From Clostridia bacterium (GTDB taxonomy: Bacteria > Bacillota > Clostridia > CAKSNL01 > HGM11501): DNA of 64,000 nt. A program made the translations under genes and the position numbers. The notes under the pieces were generated by a model, which was not told the origin of the DNA, made no database searches, and was given only the letters and a program-made list of their open reading frames with translations. The stretch's first letter is position 1. Each line of letters starts with the position of its first letter. The stretch is from NCBI GenBank assembly GCA_017411325.1, contig JAFQQJ010000040.1, forward strand, positions 133,659 through 197,658. The letters are read 5' to 3'. Shown in pieces: positions 17,091-22,198 of the stretch.

Positions 17091-17576
17091 TTACCATCCG
17101 CGCTCTCTTCTATCTTCCCAATACTGTTCCGCAAATTCTACTGCGCCTTTCATCGCACTTTCTCTATTTTTCTTTTCCATTATATCATCGACATACATAC
17201 CAAATCCTACCGAGAGATATGCCTTGCCTTTTATACATTCACAAAAAAATTCTATATCTTCCATAGAAATATCGATTCCAATTGAAAGCTTTCTCCTAAA
17301 TTCACTTGCTGGATTTAACTTTATATATATAGCTTCTAACACCTCATCATCGTAACCCTTATTTACAAGATATTCTATTTCACTTTTTTTTGCTCTTTTG
17401 AATACAAACCAAAACTTATGCTCTAACTCATATTCATTGCCACAAAAGTTAGAATTTACCAACTCCCAACCAAGCGCCCCTTCTTTATTTAAAATTCGTT
17501 GTAATTTCTCCATATCAGGTTCTTCATCTTTTGTGTTGTTTACTTCTACATATTTCGTTTTATATTCCCAATACAT
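17091..17576 (-). CDS. hypothetical cytoplasmic protein with a DUF4177-like N-terminus (islet cassette P4)
   Basis: 161 aa. The N-terminus MYWEYKTKYVE...LNKEGALGWELV resembles DUF4177 as I remember it. The C-terminal half is unassigned. Confidence 0.5.
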   Translation of the reverse strand: MYWEYKTKYVEVNNTKDEEPDMEKLQRILNKEGALGWELVNSNFCGNEYELEHKFWFVFKRAKKSEIEYLVNKGYDDEVLEAIYIKLNPASEFRRKLSIGIDISMEDIEFFCECIKGKAYLSVGFGMYVDDIMEKKNRESAMKGAVEFAEQYWEDRRERGW

Positions 17577-17677
17577 TATACAAAATCTCCTTAATAAATA
17601 TTTTTATAAGCATCTCTCGATATATCTTTCTTTTAAAAGTTCATCCTTGAATATTAGACTTTTAATTTTCGATACAA

Positions 17678-17732
17678 ATTGCGAAGCATAAGGTTTAGAT
17701 GCAACTTATTTTAGTAGCAAGTTCGTGTCAAG
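17678..17732. repeat. 55-bp direct repeat, copy c (upstream of cassette P4)
   Basis: The sequence is attgcgaagcataaggtttagatgcaacttattttagtagcaagttcgtgtcaag. It matches 14389-14443 at 46 of 55 positions and is in the same orientation. Confidence 0.85.
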
Positions 17733-17800
17733 ACTGGGCCAAAAATTCACCTTATTTTATTCTATCACAAAATACCTGCCTTTTCAATAGAAACCGCATC

Positions 17801-17835
17801 AAAAAATTCCCGGAATGCAACATTCCTGGAATTTT
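17801..17835 (-). terminator. intrinsic terminator of the MFS gene
   Basis: On the minus strand, the sequence aaaaattccaggaatg-ttg-cattccgggaatttttt lies directly after the stop codon. Confidence 0.6.
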
Positions 17836-19065
17836 TCACGCCTTCTTTTTTTCTTTCATAAAGCTTATAAATACAGGGATTGCCATAAGCGGGAAAAGCA
17901 TACCGATAAGCATTCCGCATCGCATTCCGAGCTGCTCTGCTTCAAGCCCCATTTTTGATGCAAAATCTACAAGTGTCTCATTTCCCATTACCTTATCCGT
18001 TACTATTCCAAGCACCTGAGGAACAACAGATGCGCCCAGGTCTCCGCCCGATGCCATCATAGCATACATAAACACTCCGCCATGGGGTATTCTTTCAGAT
18101 GCCGAAATCAGATTGCCCGGCCAGAGCATTGATGTACAGAAGCCTGTGAGTGCGCAGGCTATAAGTGTCAGTATCGGAAACGGCGAAATTGCCGCCGTAA
18201 AGTAGCAAAACGTTGCACCTATGGCGCACATAAGTAAAACCTTGTTAATATTCTTCCCTATTTTAGCATACAGGCTTCGTCCCAGGCCCAGCATAAGGGA
18301 AAAGAGCGCCATACCGAAAATGTCCCCGAAAACCTTGGGGATTTTTGTAACCTCTTCAAGATAGCCGGAGCACCACTGCGCCATAGTACATTCTGCCGCA
18401 CCGCCTAAAAAGATTGCAAAGACCGAGGTTAAAAGGGCCTTGTTTTTAAGCTGGCTCAAAGCGCCTGTTACTTTTTCCGGAGTTTCCATTTCGGGGATTT
18501 TTGCACCCGCAAATAAAACTGCAGCAAATACAGGAACAACCGTTAAAATAAGGGATAATATGTACCAGTTTTCAGCTCCGAAAAGAACCAGAAACGCCGT
18601 TGCGAAAATTACAACTCCCACCACGCCCCAGGCGTAGATTGAATGGAGCTTACTCATTTCGCGGTCGGGGTCATCTGCAGGAATTGCCGCAATTACAGGG
18701 CTTATCAAAACCTCGCAAAGCCCGCCCGATGCCGAAAACACAATAGTTCCCAAAACTATGCCGTAAAAGGCGGTTTCAGGGCTTATAATGGGCCAGATTG
18801 AATAAATTAAAAGACCGATTATCGTAATTACCGGCGTAAGCTTTACCGTTTTTGCAATATTAAATTTATGGGAGAAAAAGGAAAATATCAGGTCAATTGT
18901 AAGCTGAGTGCAAAAATTAATAAGTACCAAAAGACCAAGAAGCGAAAAGGATATTCCGTAAAGCTCCCTGAATGTAAGAAAAAGTATGGGCGAAATATTT
19001 CCTACCACAGACATTGAAATATTTGTTCCATAGCAACCAAGTTTAACTCTTTTATTGTTGTCCAT
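17836..19065 (-). CDS. MFS transporter
   Basis: ORF 17836..19113. The ATG at 19065 (MDNNKRVKLGCYG) follows GAGGTGA. It has about 12 hydrophobic helices in two halves. Confidence 0.75.
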   Translation of the reverse strand: MDNNKRVKLGCYGTNISMSVVGNISPILFLTFRELYGISFSLLGLLVLINFCTQLTIDLIFSFFSHKFNIAKTVKLTPVITIIGLLIYSIWPIISPETAFYGIVLGTIVFSASGGLCEVLISPVIAAIPADDPDREMSKLHSIYAWGVVGVVIFATAFLVLFGAENWYILSLILTVVPVFAAVLFAGAKIPEMETPEKVTGALSQLKNKALLTSVFAIFLGGAAECTMAQWCSGYLEEVTKIPKVFGDIFGMALFSLMLGLGRSLYAKIGKNINKVLLMCAIGATFCYFTAAISPFPILTLIACALTGFCTSMLWPGNLISASERIPHGGVFMYAMMASGGDLGASVVPQVLGIVTDKVMGNETLVDFASKMGLEAEQLGMRCGMLIGMLFPLMAIPVFISFMKEKKKA

Positions 19066-19123
19066 TTCTGTCACCTCGGAATGCAGTATAGCACAAGCAA
19101 AGAGATAAATCAAGAACTAAAAT

Positions 19124-19155
19124 AAAAAAAGACCGCTTTCAAAAAAGCCGTCTTT
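19124..19155 (-). terminator. possible intrinsic terminator (minus strand) insulating the MFS gene from the repeat region
   Basis: On the minus strand, the stem aaagacggc/gcggtcttt (one mismatch) is followed by a T7 run. Confidence 0.35.
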
Positions 19156-19225
19156 CTTCAGCCATAGCCTACTAATTTACATCTTCCGGAAGGAGCAAGC
19201 CCCTTCCCTACAAACTATATATGGT

Positions 19226-19493
19226 ATAAATCCACACGCCGCAGGCGTATTTCATATTGCGAAGCAATATTTCACGCCCGAAGGGTATTTCACAATAGAT
19301 GCAGGTTATTTTAGTGATATTCCAACTTCGTTAGAGTGATATTTTTACAGAGTAAAAGTGATATTATATTTGCCATTAAACTGTGCGAAGCACAATATCA
19401 CTCGGTGTAATCCGAATATAACTGTGCAGCAATATAAACTTGCCAAAGGCAAATATAACTGAAAAAAGACATCCGAAGATGTCTTTTTTCTGG
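19226..19493. repeat. 268-bp word/mini-hairpin array unit R, copy 1
   Basis: It differs from 19608-19875 at 4 positions by hand alignment. Words are TATTTCAC x3, GTGATAT x3, ATATCAC x1 and ATATAA x3, separated by at least 9 small stem-loops. It ends in the terminator at 19462-19489. Confidence 0.9.
19462..19489. terminator. bidirectional intrinsic terminator hairpin (end of unit R copy 1)
   Basis: The sequence is aaaaaa-gacatc-cgaa-gatgtc-tttttt. Confidence 0.6.
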
Positions 19494-19607
19494 CTTTCAC
19501 GTACATAATAGATGCAGTATATTTTTAGTGAAATATCAACTTCGTTGATGTGAAATAATTTCTGTCGAAATTGTGAAATAGAAACCTAACGGTTTCTGTG
19601 AAATGAA
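19494..19607. repeat. array module S (GTGAAATA x4) between the two R copies
   Basis: GTGAAAT(A/G) occurs at 19528, 19550, 19573 and 19598. The copies are separated by atcaac-ttc-gttgat, aatttc-tgtc-gaaatt and gaaacc-taac-ggtttc. The leader cataatagatgcagtatattttta is paralogous to 19290-19313. Confidence 0.85.
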
Positions 19608-19875
19608 ATAAATCCACACGCCACAGGCGTATTTCATATTGCGAAGCAATATTTCACGCCCGAAGGGTATTTCACAATAGATGCAGGTTATTTTAGTGAT
19701 ATTCCAACTTCGTTGGAGTGATATTTTCACAGAGTAAAAGTGATATTATATTTGCCATTAAACTGTGCGAAGCACAATATCACTCGGTGTAATCCGAATA
19801 TAACTGCGCAGCAATATAAACTTGCCAAAGGCAAATATAACTGAAAAAAGACATCCGAAGATGTCTTTTTTCTGG
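19608..19875. repeat. 268-bp word/mini-hairpin array unit R, copy 2 (abuts tRNA-Leu)
   Basis: See copy 1. The terminator at 19844-19871 lies 1 nt from the tRNA CCA end. Confidence 0.9.
19844..19871. terminator. bidirectional intrinsic terminator, terminates tRNA-Leu on the minus strand
   Basis: The sequence aaaaaa-gacatc-cgaa-gatgtc-tttttt lies immediately 3' of the tRNA. Confidence 0.7.
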
Positions 19876-19961
19876 TGCCCGAGACCGGAATCGAACCGGT
19901 ACGACTTTTAACGGTCGCAGGATTTTAAGTCCTGTGCGTCTGCCAGTTCCGCCACTCGGGC
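19873..19961 (-). tRNA. tRNA-Leu, anticodon UAA, CCA encoded
   Basis: The minus-strand read is GCCCGAG-TG-GCGGAACTGGCAGACGC-A-CAGGA-CTTAAAA-TCCTG-long variable arm-ACCGG-TTCGATT-CCGGT-CTCGGGC-A-CCA. It folds as a class II cloverleaf with the anticodon loop CU-UAA-AA. Confidence 0.9.
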
Positions 19962-19975
19962 TTACCACGAAAAAT

Positions 19976-20004
19976 AGAATACCATAAATTAAAGCATTTG
20001 TCAA
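19976..20004 (-). promoter_or_regulatory. sigma-A-type promoter for tRNA-Leu
   Basis: On the minus strand there is TTGACA, a 17-nt spacer, then TGgTATTCT (extended -10). It ends about 15 nt before the tRNA 5' end. Confidence 0.55.
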
Positions 20005-20054
20005 GAGTTATTTGCTTTTTTCGGGGCTTTTTTCTGAAAATATCAGATAAAAAA

Positions 20055-20092
20055 ACAAATCCGATTGCAAAGCAATCGGATTTGTAATAAGC
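20055..20092 (-). terminator. intrinsic terminator of the large ABC locus
   Basis: On the minus strand, acaaatccgattgc-ttt-gcaatcggatttgt is followed by a T7 run, just after the stop at 20096. Confidence 0.7.
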
Positions 20093-20095
20093 TTT

Positions 20096-21154
20096 TTAGC
20101 CCTTAATACCAACCTTATCCATACTCTCAATGAAGAATCTCTGTGCCACTGCGAATACCAAAAGCAAGGGCAGAATTATAAGTGCACAGGCTGCATTAAG
20201 AATGTATGTTGAGTTAACGTCACCCTCACCGAAGAGTGTAACACCAAGTGTTTTATACTCTGACATAAGTGTGAGTGTTAAAGGTCTCGGCTTGTTGGGA
20301 GCCGTATACATCATAGATACTGTGAAGTAGTCGTTCCAGTGCCATACCAGTGAGAACAAGAATACTACAAGTCCCGAAGATAAGGCGTTGGGAACCATGA
20401 TGCGAAGGAATGTCATAAAGGGGCCGCATCCGTCGATGTATGCTGCTTCTTCAAGCTCCTTACTCATACCTCTGAAGAACTGTCTGAAAATGTAGATGAA
20501 AAGACCGCCACGAAGACCTACACCAAGAATTGCGGGAATCCACATTGTCCAGGGAGTACCGATTAAGTTCCAGGTCATATCCTTGCCTGCGATAAGTCCT
20601 ACGATATCAAGTATACCGAAAAGGTCAAACTTTCTGTAGGTCATAAACATAGAAATAAGATATGTCTGAGGAGGAACTATCATAGTTAAGATAACCAGTG
20701 CGAAAAGTGCTCCTCTTCCCTTAAACTTAAATCTTGCAAAGCCGTAACCTACAAGTGCCGAAGATATTACCTGAAGAATTGAGCTTCCCAGCGCAACCTT
20801 TACGCTTGCCCAGAAAGAATCCCAATATTTAAGCAATGTTACTGCATAACTGAAGTTGTTCATACCAACGTTGTTGGGAATCCAGATACTGGTTGCCGAC
20901 TTTACATAATCTTCAGAAAATGCATTGCTGAGCATCTTGAATACAGGATAAAGTACTATGTAAGAAAGTCCGATAAGCAGAAATGCTCTGAAAACAGCAT
21001 ATATGAAATGTGCTACCTGCTTTTTGAAAAAGGCTGAGCCGAAACGCTTTAAGCCGATACTGTTTTCTTTGCCGCTGGATTTCATTTCCTCGTCACGGCG
21101 CTTCATTTCGTCTTTGAACTGCTTTTTATTAAGCTGTGATAACTCTGGTCTCAT
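20096..21154 (-). CDS. carbohydrate ABC transporter permease (MalG/LplC-like) with a charged N-terminal extension
   Basis: It has the EAA loop ELEEAAYIDGCGPFMTFLRIMVP and 6 TM helices. The first 45 aa or so are K/E/R-rich. Confidence 0.8.
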   Translation of the reverse strand: MRPELSQLNKKQFKDEMKRRDEEMKSSGKENSIGLKRFGSAFFKKQVAHFIYAVFRAFLLIGLSYIVLYPVFKMLSNAFSEDYVKSATSIWIPNNVGMNNFSYAVTLLKYWDSFWASVKVALGSSILQVISSALVGYGFARFKFKGRGALFALVILTMIVPPQTYLISMFMTYRKFDLFGILDIVGLIAGKDMTWNLIGTPWTMWIPAILGVGLRGGLFIYIFRQFFRGMSKELEEAAYIDGCGPFMTFLRIMVPNALSSGLVVFLFSLVWHWNDYFTVSMMYTAPNKPRPLTLTLMSEYKTLGVTLFGEGDVNSTYILNAACALIILPLLLVFAVAQRFFIESMDKVGIKG

Positions 21155-21166
21155 TCCGGCACCTCC

Positions 21167-22198
21167 TTACTCTTCAGTATATACAGTCTTAGCAAATACA
21201 AACTTTACAATAAGCACAAGTATAACCGCAATGATGATGAAGTATGTCCATGCCATTGCCGCCGCAATACCTGCATTACCTGTTGCAACGCCGTTTTTGT
21301 CGATAAGCTGCATAACCTTGTTCTGATAATATGTGAAGGAGTCAATAATTGTATATACAACACATACAAGAGTCATGGGTGATAAAAGAGGGAATGTAAT
21401 CTTCCAGTATTCTTCCCATGCTGTTGCACCTTCCATTGATGAAACCTCGTAATAGGATTTCGGAATACCCTGAAGAGCAGAAAGATATAAAAGAATCTGA
21501 ATACCGCTCTTCCAGGTGATGTCGAAGATGTTACCTACAAGACTCTTTAAGTAGTCGATAATAGCAGGGCTAAGACCGCTCTGATTAAGAATCTTTAAGA
21601 TAACTGATTCTTCCTGGAATGTAAAGATGTTTGATGATGCATTAAGTGAAACAGAAGTGCTCATACCGGTTTTTGAAAGGATTTCCAGAATAACACCGGA
21701 TGCGATGATTACGGGAAGGAAGAACATAACTCTCGCAACAGTTCTTCCCACGAACTTCTGATTCAATATCTGTGCGATAAACATACCGAAGAATGCTATA
21801 ATCGGCACCTGATAAAGCATATCCTTAAGGGAGTCAAGAAGTGCGGGAATAAAGTCGGGATCTTTTCTGAAGATATAGATATAGTTATCTATTCCCTGGA
21901 AGTCCAGCTTTATACCGCCGGCTCTTACACCAACTTCGCAGAAGGAATATATGAGTGACGTAATAACGGGAACCAGGAATAAGAATATTACGCCGACAAT
22001 CCAGGGAAGGATGAACCAGTAACCCGCTCTTGCCTGACGTTCAGAAAGAGCTGCTGCCGCTTTTCTCTGCCGCTTTGCGCGCTTTGCCGCTTCCTTAGCC
22101 GCTTTGATTTCTTCCTTGGTAGGTTTTCTTTCGCTGTCAAGTATAACTTCTTCCTTGACCTCGGTTGAAGCAGTATTTTCTTTCTTTGCCATTATCAC
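21167..22198 (-). CDS. ABC transporter permease (MalF/LplB-like) with a Lys/Ala/Glu-rich N-terminal extension
   Basis: It has polytopic TM topology and the EAA-like loop YEVSSMEGATAWEEYWKITFP. The N-terminal 60 aa include KEEIKAAKEAAKRAKRQRKAAAA. Confidence 0.7.
   Translation of the reverse strand: MIMAKKENTASTEVKEEVILDSERKPTKEEIKAAKEAAKRAKRQRKAAAALSERQARAGYWFILPWIVGVIFLFLVPVITSLIYSFCEVGVRAGGIKLDFQGIDNYIYIFRKDPDFIPALLDSLKDMLYQVPIIAFFGMFIAQILNQKFVGRTVARVMFFLPVIIASGVILEILSKTGMSTSVSLNASSNIFTFQEESVILKILNQSGLSPAIIDYLKSLVGNIFDITWKSGIQILLYLSALQGIPKSYYEVSSMEGATAWEEYWKITFPLLSPMTLVCVVYTIIDSFTYYQNKVMQLIDKNGVATGNAGIAAAMAWTYFIIIAVILVLIVKFVFAKTVYTEE

Noticed and set aside
14389-17732. I considered the islet as an integron-like cassette array with attC sites, or as a Xer/dif-mobilised module.
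   Set aside because: I could not fit the RYYYAAC...GTTRRRY attC core pattern to the junction repeats, and no IntI-type integrase is present. The 27-bp half (attgcgaRgcataaggtttagatgcaa) does not resemble the Firmicutes dif consensus as I remember it and lacks the 11-6-11 dyad. The recombination idea is kept only as a generic hypothesis.
19222-19230. An extended -10-like TGgTATAAA that could drive a plus-strand RNA through array unit R copy 1. A TTTCAC-17-TATATT candidate also lies at 19495-19523.
   Set aside because: No acceptable -35 accompanies the first site, and such matches are expected by chance in AT-rich DNA. I therefore did not annotate either as a promoter. The transcribed strand of the arrays remains undetermined.
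19226-19875. I asked whether the word/hairpin arrays here and at 14539-14730 could be CRISPR arrays.
   Set aside because: The repeated units are only 6-9 nt and the intervening segments only 7-17 nt, and those segments are themselves palindromic. CRISPR repeats are 23-50 nt with unique spacers of about 26-72 nt. No cas genes are present in the window.
19536-20004. ORF-track entries 19536..19730 (64 aa) and 19780..20004 (74 aa), both on the minus strand.
   Set aside because: The first lies wholly inside the tandem repeat with no RBS. The second runs through the tRNA-Leu gene and its promoter. Both are better explained as chance ORFs in non-coding DNA.
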